A DNA stretch of 64,000 nucleotides. Source: Nitrososphaeria archaeon (lineage in GTDB: Archaea; Thermoproteota; Nitrososphaeria; JACIWG01). The notes under the pieces were generated by a model. The model was given only the letters and a program-made list of their open reading frames with translations. It was not told the origin of the DNA and did no database searches. Positions within the stretch are counted from its first letter, which is position 1. Every line of letters begins with the position of its first letter. This document shows positions 29,808 to 39,966 of the stretch, in pieces. The stretch is from positions 69,624-133,623 of the forward strand of contig JAOAKB010000001.1 in NCBI GenBank assembly GCA_026413865.1. Direction: 5' to 3'. Position numbers and translations under genes: made by a program.

Positions 29808-31676
29808 TTAGAGACCAAGCTTCTTCTTTAATACAGAGTCAACATTAGAAAGACCAAGCTTCTTTAATGTATCACTTGTTGGCACACCCTTTTCATTCCA
29901 GCCCACAGCTTTATAGTATTCGCTCTTCATCTTTTCAACATCCTCTAGCTTTGGAGCTTTTCCCTTACATGGTCCTGTAGGCAGAGGCTCATAGAAACGT
30001 GGCGGATTAACATCTGAACCAAACCATTTTGCATCAGGGCCACCTAGTAAAAGAGCAGCCCTCTGTATAGCTATGACCCTGCTTGCAATTTCATTATACC
30101 ATTCTTCAAACGATATATTAAAGCCTGTAACAGCGTTCAAAAAGTCTATCTGGAACTGTGGTGTTACAGAGAAGCTGTTAAACATACAGTATACTCCAGA
30201 ATCCATTAATATTGTCGTATGCTCACTGCTTGGATGGGTAATTGGAAGGTATGCTACAGAAGTGTGATCACCACCTTGGGCACCACATGGGTAAGAATGT
30301 AGTTGTGGATAGTCTAGACCGCTTCTAATACCATGCGCACCTATACCGATACCTTTTGCTTGAACCGCATACTGTAGTAGGTTCATGTTCTTTATTTTAC
30401 CAAGTTTTAAGGCAGCACGATATGTTCCTTCAGCAAGTATATCACCTAAACCTCTTCTGTGAGCTATCATTTCAGCAACCTTAGCAAATGCCTTTGCATC
30501 ACCCCACTTCAATTCTACACCATCAAGTTCATCTTTAGTAATGATACCTCTCTGATATAATTCCGCAGCAAATCCTAGCACATTACCAACCTGTATACCA
30601 CAGAATCCAAGATCTTCTATTACAGAATTGAGGAAAATATTTGCTTCAGGAGTGAATACTCCAAGGTTTGTGCCCATGTAAGCTTGAGTCTCATAATCAG
30701 GATTATCTGTTATAGCACCCTTGAACTCTCCACACCTTGCTACAGAAAGCTTTTCACATGCTGTTGGACAGCCGAAGTCAGCCCAATACCTTTTAACCCA
30801 CACCCTACTCTCGAACTGGTCTACAGCAAAAGATTTTTCATCATGCCATTCTTCCTGCCAATTCTTAACAGGCTCAGAACTTTGAACATTACCAACATAG
30901 TAGCCTAGGTAGCCAGTACCCCACCTTCTCCATACATCATTAGCAATTGAAGCCTTCCTAACTTGATCTAGAAGCTCTAACATTTTAGCCTGGTCATAAA
31001 CCTCTGGAAGGGGACCAGTTCCTTTAGCTAAAACAGCTTTAAGGTTCTTTGAACCCATAACAGCACCATATCCACCATATCCTGCCCCATGAGCCCACTT
31101 AGCCTGAACACCGGCAACTCTACACTTATTTTCACCCGCCGGACCAATGTATACCATACCAGGTTCACGCCATAATCTTTCCCTATACTTTTTGTCAAAT
31201 TCTTCCCTAACTTCTTTAGAAAGTTTTAGAAGTGTCTGCTTACCATCTTTACCCCAAACATGTGTTGCATCTCTAATTTCTATTGAAGAATCTTTTACTA
31301 GAATATATGACGGCTTCTTTGCTTTACCAGTTATTATTAAACCGTCCCATCCTGCACACTTTAATTCAACAGGGAACTCTCCAGCCACCGTGCTACCAGT
31401 TATACCATTACTCTGAGGAGACTTTCCAGAAACACAGAGCCTTCCTCCAGGATAGAAGCCAGTCATTGGACCAGTTAGAAGTAATAGTATGTTTTCTGGA
31501 CCGAGTGGATCAATTTCATCCCATCTTTCTCCAAGCCTATCCCAAAGTATTTTTGCAGCAAGACCTCGGCCTCCAATGTAGTTTCTCAACGTCGATTCAT
31601 CGAATCTTACTTCTGTGACTTTTTCTTCTGTTAAGTTTATTTCTGCAAATTTTCCAGCATAACCTCTCATCCACAT
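29808..31676 (-). CDS. aor: Aldehyde:ferredoxin oxidoreductase family (tungstopterin enzyme)
   Basis: GYAGKFAEINLT, IGGRGLAAKILW, SGKSPQ and GPAGENKCRVAG motifs with an AOR C-terminal domain; ~620 aa. Confidence 0.9.
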   Translation of the reverse strand: MWMRGYAGKFAEINLTEEKVTEVRFDESTLRNYIGGRGLAAKILWDRLGERWDEIDPLGPENILLLLTGPMTGFYPGGRLCVSGKSPQSNGITGSTVAGEFPVELKCAGWDGLIITGKAKKPSYILVKDSSIEIRDATHVWGKDGKQTLLKLSKEVREEFDKKYRERLWREPGMVYIGPAGENKCRVAGVQAKWAHGAGYGGYGAVMGSKNLKAVLAKGTGPLPEVYDQAKMLELLDQVRKASIANDVWRRWGTGYLGYYVGNVQSSEPVKNWQEEWHDEKSFAVDQFESRVWVKRYWADFGCPTACEKLSVARCGEFKGAITDNPDYETQAYMGTNLGVFTPEANIFLNSVIEDLGFCGIQVGNVLGFAAELYQRGIITKDELDGVELKWGDAKAFAKVAEMIAHRRGLGDILAEGTYRAALKLGKIKNMNLLQYAVQAKGIGIGAHGIRSGLDYPQLHSYPCGAQGGDHTSVAYLPITHPSSEHTTILMDSGVYCMFNSFSVTPQFQIDFLNAVTGFNISFEEWYNEIASRVIAIQRAALLLGGPDAKWFGSDVNPPRFYEPLPTGPCKGKAPKLEDVEKMKSEYYKAVGWNEKGVPTSDTLKKLGLSNVDSVLKKKLGL

Positions 31677-32212
31677 TACACCTCCATCTTTTCCCCAAAC
31701 ATAAGTTCAGTAAGACCTTCTGCAATAGCCTTCGGATGCCTAGCATAGACTCTATAGTTTAATGCTTCACCCTGACCCTTATCATATTTTACAACATTTA
31801 GACAGTCAAATCCTGCTTCCCTACAGATTTTTACACACTGTGGGTCTCCATTGCATAGGTCACATATTGTCGCCTTATTGTCTTTAGGATGTAGGAAGGG
31901 AACATGCCCTGGACAAGCACGTATACAGTTACCGCATGAAATACATTTTTCCCTATTAACAATCACAGCACCAGTCTTTTCGTCAACAGAAAGGGCTTTA
32001 GGCTTAGTTGGACAGGCTTCAACACATGGATAATCATGACATTGTGCGCACAAGTGTGGAAACTCTATTCCTGGAGCGTACATGAAAACTCTTACCCTAG
32101 AGGCTTCAGGCCAAATCCTTCCTTCATGAGAAAGAGAACATGAGATTTCGCACATGCGGCAGCCACTACATCTTAAAAAGTCTCTTGTAACCCAAACTTG
32201 TTTACTTGACAT
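31676..32212 (-). CDS. 4Fe-4S multicluster ferredoxin-like subunit, partner of AOR
   Basis: Four Cys clusters (CSGCRMCEISC; CAQCHDYPCVEACP; CISCGNCIRACP; CDLCNGDPQCVKIC). Its stop overlaps the aor start by 1 nt. Confidence 0.8.
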   Translation of the reverse strand: MSSKQVWVTRDFLRCSGCRMCEISCSLSHEGRIWPEASRVRVFMYAPGIEFPHLCAQCHDYPCVEACPTKPKALSVDEKTGAVIVNREKCISCGNCIRACPGHVPFLHPKDNKATICDLCNGDPQCVKICREAGFDCLNVVKYDKGQGEALNYRVYARHPKAIAEGLTELMFGEKMEV

Positions 32213-32268
32213 AAATTTAGATTATTTTTTAAGGTTAATAAATATTTCTAAAAAATTTCTTATTAAGA

Positions 32269-32550
32269 CTAATATATTATATCGAATGTCCTATATTTGC
32301 CACAATATTCAAGCCATTCAACCTTAACATCTTCTACAACAGCATGAGGGGGACCAACTTTGCACCAGTCAATAAGCTTTTTAATAGAATCTTCTTCACC
32401 TTCTGCGAAAATTTGAACTCTACCATCAGGTAAATTTTTAACCCAACCCGTTATACCAAGAGACCTAGCCTTGCTTCGAGTGTATGCTCTAAAAAATACA
32501 CCTTGGACAATCCCACTAACATAAATGTTAGCACTAACAAGCTTTCTCAT
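32269..32550 (-). CDS. acyP: Acylphosphatase
   Basis: VSGIVQGVFFRAYT...GITGWVKNLPDGRVQIFAEGEE; 93 aa. Confidence 0.9.
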   Translation of the reverse strand: MRKLVSANIYVSGIVQGVFFRAYTRSKARSLGITGWVKNLPDGRVQIFAEGEEDSIKKLIDWCKVGPPHAVVEDVKVEWLEYCGKYRTFDIIY

Positions 32551-32610
32551 AACTTTATAATTGTACCATTTTTATTAAAAAATTTTTTGTATAATAAAAA
32601 ATTTTTGGGG

Positions 32611-32919
32611 TTATGTTAAGGAAACCCTTAACTGTACCTCTTCAGGCATCTTCAAACGCATAAACTGTCTTAAGGTTCTTTCATCCTGGTCTATTTCAAC
32701 ATATCTTCTATGAATTCTTAGTTCCCATTTGTCAAAAGTATGTGTTCCCTCACCACACGGAGATTTTCTGGTTACCACTTTCCTTTTCTTTGTCGGTAAT
32801 GGGACAGGCCCCTTCATCTTTACTCCAGTCTTTTCAGTAATTTCCTTTATCTGATTACACACGTCCTCCAACAGTTTTACGTTGGTACTCGTTAGTATTA
32901 TTTTAGCCTTTTTTGTCAA
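32611..32919 (-). CDS. rps10: 30S ribosomal protein S10 (uS10)
   Basis: KGPVPLPTKK...HTFDKWELRIHRR; it sits after the EF-1alpha gene. Confidence 0.92.
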   Translation of the reverse strand: MTKKAKIILTSTNVKLLEDVCNQIKEITEKTGVKMKGPVPLPTKKRKVVTRKSPCGEGTHTFDKWELRIHRRYVEIDQDERTLRQFMRLKMPEEVQLRVSLT

Positions 32920-32956
32920 CCCAAGTACACCAGCTTAGGGTTCCGTCACCCTATTT

Positions 32957-34255
32957 TTAGCCTTTTACTGTTACTTCCTTAACTATTCCAGCTCCTATCG
33001 TTGTACCCATATCTCTGATAGCAAATCTTCCTAACTGCGGAATCGCGCTATATGGTTCTATACACAATGGTCTTAATGGAGCAAGTCTTACTAGTGCACT
33101 GTCACCTGTCTTTAGAGACTTAGGCTTTTCTTCAACTACTTGACCACTTCTTGGATCTATTTTTGCAATAAGCTCCTTAAATGTTGTTGCAACCTGTGCA
33201 GTGTGAGCGTGTAGTACTGGTGTGTATCCTGCGGATATTGCAGAAGGATGATATATTATTATTATTTGGGCTATGAACTCTTTTGCAACTGTTGGTGGAT
33301 TATCAACTGGACCAATTACATAACCTCTTTTGATATCCTGTTTCGATACACCTCTTAGGTTTATGCCAATGTTATCTCCAGGAATAGCCTTCTCTATAGG
33401 TGTATGATGCATTTCAATAGATTTAACTTCAGCTGTAAGGTTAGCTGGAGCTATTATTACCTTGTCGCCTACCTTAACGACACCAGTTTCAACTCTACCT
33501 ACTGGAACTGTACCAACGCCTGTGATAGAATAAACATCTTGTACAGGAAGACGGAATGGTTTATCGATTGGCTTTGGAGGCTCTGAAACCATGTCAAGAG
33601 CTTCAATTAGTGTTGGACCCTTGTACCATGGCATGTTCGGGGACCTTGTTGTAAGATTGTCACCAACCCAACCGGATACTGGAATAAATGGTAGCTTTGA
33701 TACATCATATCCAACCATTCTAAGAAGTTTTTCGAAATCAGCTTTTACAGCCTTATACCTTTCTTCAGAATATTTTACTGTAGGATCATCCATCTTATTT
33801 ATTAATGGAATAACTTGTGTTACACCAAGTGTTCTTAGTAGGAAAGCATGCTCTCTAGTCTGACCTCCAAACCCTAAACCAACTTCAGTTTCACCAGGTT
33901 TTGCTGAAAGAACTATTATTGCAACATCAGCTTGACTTGCGCCAGTGATCATGTTTTTAACAAAGTCTCTGTGTCCAGGAGCGTCTATGAGTGTATAATA
34001 GTATTTTTTGGTTTCAAACTTTTGGAATGCTAGGTCGATGGTCACACCACGTTCACGTTCATCCTTTAATCTATCGAGAACCCAAGCGTATTTGAATGTG
34101 TCACCTGCACCAAACTTTTCAGACTCTTTTGCATACTCTTCTATAACACGTGGGTCGATTGCACCCATTTGTACTAGAAAGTGGCCCATAGTAGTTGACT
34201 TTCCATGGTCAACATGTCCTGTTACTACTAGGTTAAGATGAGGTTTAGTAGACAT
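32957..34255 (-). CDS. tuf: Translation elongation factor EF-1alpha
   Basis: GHVDHGKST, DAPGHRDF and NKMD GTPase motifs; 432 aa. Confidence 0.96.
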   Translation of the reverse strand: MSTKPHLNLVVTGHVDHGKSTTMGHFLVQMGAIDPRVIEEYAKESEKFGAGDTFKYAWVLDRLKDERERGVTIDLAFQKFETKKYYYTLIDAPGHRDFVKNMITGASQADVAIIVLSAKPGETEVGLGFGGQTREHAFLLRTLGVTQVIPLINKMDDPTVKYSEERYKAVKADFEKLLRMVGYDVSKLPFIPVSGWVGDNLTTRSPNMPWYKGPTLIEALDMVSEPPKPIDKPFRLPVQDVYSITGVGTVPVGRVETGVVKVGDKVIIAPANLTAEVKSIEMHHTPIEKAIPGDNIGINLRGVSKQDIKRGYVIGPVDNPPTVAKEFIAQIIIIYHPSAISAGYTPVLHAHTAQVATTFKELIAKIDPRSGQVVEEKPKSLKTGDSALVRLAPLRPLCIEPYSAIPQLGRFAIRDMGTTIGAGIVKEVTVKG

Positions 34256-34321
34256 TTTCTACACCTTGCACCAATTTTGAACTTCAACCTTATTATATAA
34301 GGTTTAGGGTTTTTAAATTTT

Positions 34322-34930
34322 TTATCGTGAGGAGAGAGCGATACGTTCTTGCTCATTCTTCTTCTTTATGGCATAACTGTTTTGGTCATTGTTGGCTGCA
34401 AGAATTAGTTCCTCAGCTAATGCTTCTTCAACTGAAATCATTTTATTAAAGGTCGCTTCCCTCACACCTTCTGAAATAAACCTTAGTGCCAAATCTAAGC
34501 GCCTTTGAGGAGAAATGTCGACAGCAACATGATATACTACACCACCATACATTATCCTTGTAGTATCCTCGTTTGGTGCAGCATTCTCTAACGCCCTAAC
34601 AAGCACCTGAATAGGATTCATTCCAGTTTTCAACTGTATTATTTCAAAAGCAGACCTGACCATTTTTAGGGCATGATATTTTTTACCACCCATTCGACCA
34701 GTATTCTTTGCATATTTTTTACCAAAATGCATAAGGTCGTTTGCTAGACGTTCTACAATATTCACTTTAGATTTTGCAAATTTTTGATGTTCATGCCTTC
34801 CAAAAGAATGAGGCAAGAGCACAGGCTTAAGGTCTATAACACTTTTTAAACCAATATCGTTTACCTTAACATCCTTAAAACTCCATTTACCGAATAAGAG
34901 TAAATGCTGGTATTCTTGCTTAGATGACAT
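34322..34930 (-). CDS. rps7: 30S ribosomal protein S7 (uS7)
   Basis: Position between S12 and EF-1alpha; LLFGKW..., IVERLANDLM and EEALAEELI segments typical of archaeal S7. Confidence 0.9.
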   Translation of the reverse strand: MSSKQEYQHLLLFGKWSFKDVKVNDIGLKSVIDLKPVLLPHSFGRHEHQKFAKSKVNIVERLANDLMHFGKKYAKNTGRMGGKKYHALKMVRSAFEIIQLKTGMNPIQVLVRALENAAPNEDTTRIMYGGVVYHVAVDISPQRRLDLALRFISEGVREATFNKMISVEEALAEELILAANNDQNSYAIKKKNEQERIALSSR

Positions 34931-34938
34931 TTTACAAG

Positions 34939-35379
34939 CTACCTCCTAGGTTTCTCCTTACGACCAAGAACTAGCATCTTAAGAGAGATACCGTTTACTT
35001 TAAAAACTTTGTATCTTACACCAGGAATATCGCCCATTGAACGACCTAATGTACCCCCAATACCTTCAACATGAACTTCATCATGCTCGTCCACATAATT
35101 TAAAGCACCATCACTGGGCAAGAAAGCTGTAATCTGCTTATTATTTTTAATAAGCTGTACACGAACACACTTACGTATTGCAGAGTTAGGCTGCTTTGAT
35201 TCTACACCAACCTTCTCTAGTACTATACCTCTTGCTTGAGGAGCTCCTTCAAGTGGGTCAAACCTTTCTTTTATCCTTAGTGCACGTTTAATATACCTTT
35301 TACTAGACCATCTAAACTTTTGCCTCTTCTCCATCAGCTTGCGCGCTGCAAACTCTCCTACAGGCGATTTTTTCCCCAT
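34939..35379 (-). CDS. rps12: 30S ribosomal protein S12 (uS12)
   Basis: [33 protein letters not shown] is the S12 signature. Confidence 0.93.
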   Translation of the reverse strand: MGKKSPVGEFAARKLMEKRQKFRWSSKRYIKRALRIKERFDPLEGAPQARGIVLEKVGVESKQPNSAIRKCVRVQLIKNNKQITAFLPSDGALNYVDEHDEVHVEGIGGTLGRSMGDIPGVRYKVFKVNGISLKMLVLGRKEKPRR

Positions 35380-35427
35380 ATTATCAGCAAAAAGGCGGAC
35401 TTATTGCTCTTATATAACTGTTTCTTT

Positions 35428-35886
35428 TTAGGTTTGAGTAACGATTCTTACATCGGCTATGTCAAAATATCTTCTTACTAGAAGACGTGCCTTTTCCGCA
35501 TGCTTTCCACCAAGGCCTACAACAGCACCCTGAAACTTGGGGTTTGTTAAGACGACTACAGCAATTTTACTTCCATCCATTCTTTCACTTAAACGTATTT
35601 CACTAATATATTTTGGATTAAGCGTGTTTTTTATAAGCTGTATTGGATCATCTGAGTAAGCTACAATTTCAACTGGCTTCTTAATAATGTTTTCTAATGC
35701 TTTCACACAAGACCCTTTTCTTCCTATTGCAAGACCGATTTCGTTAGGATTTACTAAGAAAATTACACGATTCATTTTATTGTCTATCACACAATCTCTT
35801 GCAGTCACACCACTAATTTTTTGAAAAAGTGAAAGAAGTTCAAGTTCTTGCGTTGACCACGTTATTTTGTCAGGCATAGTGATCAA
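35428..35886 (-). CDS. nusA: Archaeal NusA-like protein (two KH domains)
   Basis: IGLAIGRKGSCVK and GAVVGLGGKHAEKAR contain KH GxxG loops. Conserved position between L30e and S12. Confidence 0.85.
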   Translation of the reverse strand: MITMPDKITWSTQELELLSLFQKISGVTARDCVIDNKMNRVIFLVNPNEIGLAIGRKGSCVKALENIIKKPVEIVAYSDDPIQLIKNTLNPKYISEIRLSERMDGSKIAVVVLTNPKFQGAVVGLGGKHAEKARLLVRRYFDIADVRIVTQT

Positions 35887-35887
35887 C

Positions 35888-36199
35888 TTATTCTGACAAA
35901 ATTTCCTTTAAATCTAAGCCTCCAGTAGATTTAATTGATAGAACAGAAATTCTAAAGTTTTTCCCCAAAGCTCTGCCCAAGTCTATTGATGAACCATTGT
36001 ATTCGATTACTGGAATAGAGTTCTTTTTACAGTCCCTTAAAAGCTTCTGCCTAATTTCTGGCTTAACGGATGTGGAGATTAAAATAGCCTTAGAACCCTT
36101 AAGCTCTTCCATAACTTCTTTAGTACCATACACTATTTTACCCTTTTTTGTAACTTGCTCAAGTAGAGCTTCAATTTGACTTTTGTTCAACATTCTCAC
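35888..36199 (-). CDS. rpl30e: 50S ribosomal protein L30e (eL30)
   Basis: L7Ae/L30e-fold sequence (KGKIVYGTKEV...AILISTS). Conserved position after rpoA; its start overlaps the rpoA stop. Confidence 0.8.
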   Translation of the reverse strand: MRMLNKSQIEALLEQVTKKGKIVYGTKEVMEELKGSKAILISTSVKPEIRQKLLRDCKKNSIPVIEYNGSSIDLGRALGKNFRISVLSIKSTGGLDLKEILSE

Positions 36200-39100
36200 C
36201 TTGTGTTATGAACAGGTCAACCATTCCAGTACCAACAGGAATGGGGAGGCCTACTATAACACTTTCGGTTACACCCTTTAACTGTTCAATTTCACCTTTT
36301 ACCGCGGCTTCAGCCAGTGTGGGAACTGTTATCTCAAAGGCAGCTCTAGCAAGAACGCTTGCCTTCCCTCCGACAACACCATGACGACCAACCTGCTTTA
36401 GTGTTCCTGTTACTGTCATTAGGTCCGCAACCAAATATATGTGTCGCATGTCTACTTCTAAACCTTGTTCTTCCATAGTTTTACTTATTTCTCTGACGAG
36501 CGCGGCTCTAGCAGCTTCAATTCCAAGTGTAGACCATATTTCGTAGATGTCATTAGTTATGGTTCTAGTCGGATCAACACCTTCAATCTTCAAAACTTTT
36601 GCAAGATTTGAGCCCTTCGTTTGAATAACCCATTCAGAGCCTTCTTTGACAACCGTGGCTTCAGTAATTCCTGGAATACCCTTAAGACGACTGTTTAAAA
36701 TCTTGTTTCTCATTCTCTGAAGTGAGACTGGGTCAGCACCTTCCACCATCAATATTATAGTGTCCTCGCTAACTACTTCTGGCTTTCTCTTACCAGTTTC
36801 TATTTGTGAGGCAACATATTCTGGTGTGACAACAAGCTCTTCCATAGCCTCCTTGTCTAGGACAAATGTTATTTGACCACTTGGATCAATTTCACTACTT
36901 TTTACAACATCCCCTATTCTTGAGAATCTAATTTCTGCAGCAATCTTTCTTGCAAAGTTAAGGTCTTCAGCAAATTCTGGGAGCAAGTATATGTCCATTG
37001 CTGGTGTAGAAGGCTGCCTTCTAGCGTCTACAAGCTCAATAAGCCTTGGTAGACCTAAAGTGATGTCTCTTTCCCTAACACCTGCAAAGTGGAATGTTCT
37101 TAGAGTCATCTGAGTACTAGGCTCGCCTATGGATTGGGCTGCGACAACACCTACAGCTTCACCAGGCTCGATTAAAGCTTGCTCGAAAAGTTCTACAGTC
37201 CTCTTTAATACGTTTTCCACATTAGTTTTAGGAAGCCTTGACTTACTCAGGGAAACCTTCAATTCCTGTAACAATTTTGGATTGAGTTTGTGAGCATACT
37301 CTTTAAGCAAGTTTTCAAGTTCATCTAATTCAATCGGCTTGCCTTGTGCAACAAGCTGTTCTGCTTCAATAAGTCTTTGAACATTGACAGCTTTGCCATG
37401 ATCACTCTTAGACGGGTCTACACCGTCTTCACCATAAAGGAATTGTATTATTGCACCTTCTGGATCTCTTACAGTCCGATCATATTCTACTCTAAGATGT
37501 TCCATAGCGTTAACCAAACGCCTCTGCATGTATCCACTCTGCTGGGTCCTGACGGCCGTATCAACAAGACCCTCTCTGCCACCCATTGCATGGAAAAAGA
37601 ATTCCAGTGGATTAAGACCGTCTCTATAATTTGATTTTATGAAGCCTCTTGAGTCGGGGTTAGGGTCGTTTGGTTTAAAGTGACACAAAACCCTGTTTTC
37701 ATATCCTCTCATTATTCGTTTTCCACGTATAGACTGCTGTCCTAGAGCTGCAGCCATGTGGCCGATGTTTAGTGATGAACCTCTTGCACCAGTTCTAGCC
37801 ATTATCACTGCACTATTGTCGTCACTCAAGTACTTTTCGGCAACCTTTCCAGCATCATCACGGGCTTTAGAAAGTTCATTTACTATATAAAGTTCCAAAG
37901 CTTCTTCTGGAGAAAGACCTCTCATTAGAGGTAAAGTGCCTTCCTCATACTGTTTTTGAAGTTCCTTTATACGATCGTATGCTTCAGCAATTGATTGATT
38001 TATGGCTTTTCTAGCACTTGGTGGAAGCCAAAAGTCATCATAGCCTATAGTGAAACCTTTTGATGTAATATATGCCTTAATAACCCTAAAGATTGAGTTC
38101 AAGAAACTTCTTGCAACATCACTACCATATTCTTTAACAATTCTATGAAGTATACTGTCAGGCTTTTCTGCACCAATTGATGCCTTGTCGATTACTCCAG
38201 AGACAAGCACACCATCTTTTATAACAACCTGTCTTCCACGCCAGCTTGCCCTAAGAGTATAATTGAAACCTTTTGGAAGGAAAAGCGAGAAAAGTTGTTT
38301 ACCTTGATAAAGTTCTTTTGGCTCCTTTATTGCAGGCTCAGGTATTGGACCAGTGTATCCGCCAATGTTTGCAAGATTAAGAAACTCTTCTTTGGTGAGG
38401 TAGGTGTCATCTTTTGTTAGAAGATATGCCCCTGTAAGGAAATCTCTTATTGCACCAATTATTGGTCCACCATATCTTGGTGAAAGAATCTGATCTTGAA
38501 CCCTCATTAGAAGCTCAGCTTCGCATCTAGCTTCCTCACCCTGTGGAACATGAAGGTTCATTTCATCACCATCGAAGTCAGCATTGTATGGTGGACATAC
38601 GGCAGGATGAAGTCTGAATGTTCTACCCGGTAAAACTTTAGCATGATGAGCCATAATCGACATTCTATGAAGTGAAGGCTGCCTATTAAATAATACTATG
38701 TCACCGTCAACAAGATGTCTTTCAACAACATATCCTGGGGCTAAGGCAGCAGCAACAGCCTTCCTATCCTGAACATAATCTAATCTAATCTTTACACCAT
38801 CTGGTCTTATAATATAGTTTGCACCAGGATAATTATCGCCATTGATAACAAGTTGTCTAAGCCTTTCAATATTCCAGCTCGTAACCTTTTCTGGAATTGT
38901 AAGCTTTTTTGCAACCTCAATAGGAATACCGACTTCATTTATATCAAGGTTTGGGTCAGGAGAGATTACAGTCCTGCTTGAGAAGTCAACACGCTTTCCT
39001 GAAAGGTTTCCTCTAAACCTACCTTCTTTACCCTTAAGTCTCTGGCTTAAAGTTCTTAGAGGACGACCAGAACGATGATGGGCTTGTGGAATACCACTTA

Positions 39101-39965
39101 CTTCATTATCAAAGTATGTTGTTACATGATATTGTACAAGGTCTACAAGGTCTTGAACAATAAGTGGAGGTGAACCTGACTCCTTACTTTCTTTAACTCT
39201 TTGATTTGTTCTAAGAATATCAACAAGCTTATGTGTTAAATCATCTTCAGAACGAATTCCCGTTTCAAGTATTATTGATGGACGTACTGTGACAGGTGGT
39301 ACGGGTAGAACTTGTAAAACAAACCATTCAGGCCTAATCTTCTCAAGGTCGTATCCCAAGAGTATAAGATTTTTATCGCTTATATCTTCAAGCCACGCCC
39401 TAATCGAGCTCGCTAGAAGACGTGAAGGACCCTCCTCTCTTATTTCATAGAATGTTGTAGGCTTCACAAGCTGTATTTCATATTTTGCACTACCACAATG
39501 TGGACACTGCCTAACCTTTTTAGCCTTAGACTTAATTTCTCTAGAAATATTTTCGTAAACTTCAGGAGTAACATATCTTCTCTCCTCCAAAATCTTTTTG
39601 TACTCGTTTATAACTTCATCACTTAATATAAGCTTATGACAGACCCTACAAGTAGATTGTAGTATAGTGTATATATCGTCCACAAATGCAACATGGATTA
39701 TAGGTTCGGCTAATTCAATGTGTCCAAAATGTCCTGGACATTTTGCTGAAGTATTGCCGCATGTAGCACACTTTTGTCCAGGTTCAAGTGTCCCAAGCCT
39801 TGGATCCATTAAGCCTCCAGGAACAGGTAAACCATCTCTATCATATGTTTCTGGAGCCGTGATTTCTACAACACTATAGGCCCTAATAATCTGTGGAGAG
39901 AATACAGAAAACTTTATTCCACCAATATTCTTTTGAATCTCTTGAACAGACATTATCATATTCAC
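36171..39965 (-). CDS. rpoA: DNA-directed RNA polymerase largest subunit, unsplit (A' and A'' in one ORF)
   Basis: N-terminal Zn motif CATCGNTSAKCPGHFGHIEL and catalytic NADFDGDEMNLH (A' part). AAQSIGEPSTQMTLRTFHFAGV plus a trigger-loop-like region (A'' part) lie in the same 1264-aa frame, with no stop at the expected junction (about 37190-37440). Confidence 0.93.
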   Translation of the reverse strand: MNMIMSVQEIQKNIGGIKFSVFSPQIIRAYSVVEITAPETYDRDGLPVPGGLMDPRLGTLEPGQKCATCGNTSAKCPGHFGHIELAEPIIHVAFVDDIYTILQSTCRVCHKLILSDEVINEYKKILEERRYVTPEVYENISREIKSKAKKVRQCPHCGSAKYEIQLVKPTTFYEIREEGPSRLLASSIRAWLEDISDKNLILLGYDLEKIRPEWFVLQVLPVPPVTVRPSIILETGIRSEDDLTHKLVDILRTNQRVKESKESGSPPLIVQDLVDLVQYHVTTYFDNEVSGIPQAHHRSGRPLRTLSQRLKGKEGRFRGNLSGKRVDFSSRTVISPDPNLDINEVGIPIEVAKKLTIPEKVTSWNIERLRQLVINGDNYPGANYIIRPDGVKIRLDYVQDRKAVAAALAPGYVVERHLVDGDIVLFNRQPSLHRMSIMAHHAKVLPGRTFRLHPAVCPPYNADFDGDEMNLHVPQGEEARCEAELLMRVQDQILSPRYGGPIIGAIRDFLTGAYLLTKDDTYLTKEEFLNLANIGGYTGPIPEPAIKEPKELYQGKQLFSLFLPKGFNYTLRASWRGRQVVIKDGVLVSGVIDKASIGAEKPDSILHRIVKEYGSDVARSFLNSIFRVIKAYITSKGFTIGYDDFWLPPSARKAINQSIAEAYDRIKELQKQYEEGTLPLMRGLSPEEALELYIVNELSKARDDAGKVAEKYLSDDNSAVIMARTGARGSSLNIGHMAAALGQQSIRGKRIMRGYENRVLCHFKPNDPNPDSRGFIKSNYRDGLNPLEFFFHAMGGREGLVDTAVRTQQSGYMQRRLVNAMEHLRVEYDRTVRDPEGAIIQFLYGEDGVDPSKSDHGKAVNVQRLIEAEQLVAQGKPIELDELENLLKEYAHKLNPKLLQELKVSLSKSRLPKTNVENVLKRTVELFEQALIEPGEAVGVVAAQSIGEPSTQMTLRTFHFAGVRERDITLGLPRLIELVDARRQPSTPAMDIYLLPEFAEDLNFARKIAAEIRFSRIGDVVKSSEIDPSGQITFVLDKEAMEELVVTPEYVASQIETGKRKPEVVSEDTIILMVEGADPVSLQRMRNKILNSRLKGIPGITEATVVKEGSEWVIQTKGSNLAKVLKIEGVDPTRTITNDIYEIWSTLGIEAARAALVREISKTMEEQGLEVDMRHIYLVADLMTVTGTLKQVGRHGVVGGKASVLARAAFEITVPTLAEAAVKGEIEQLKGVTESVIVGLPIPVGTGMVDLFITQGENVEQKSN

Positions 39966-39966
39966 C

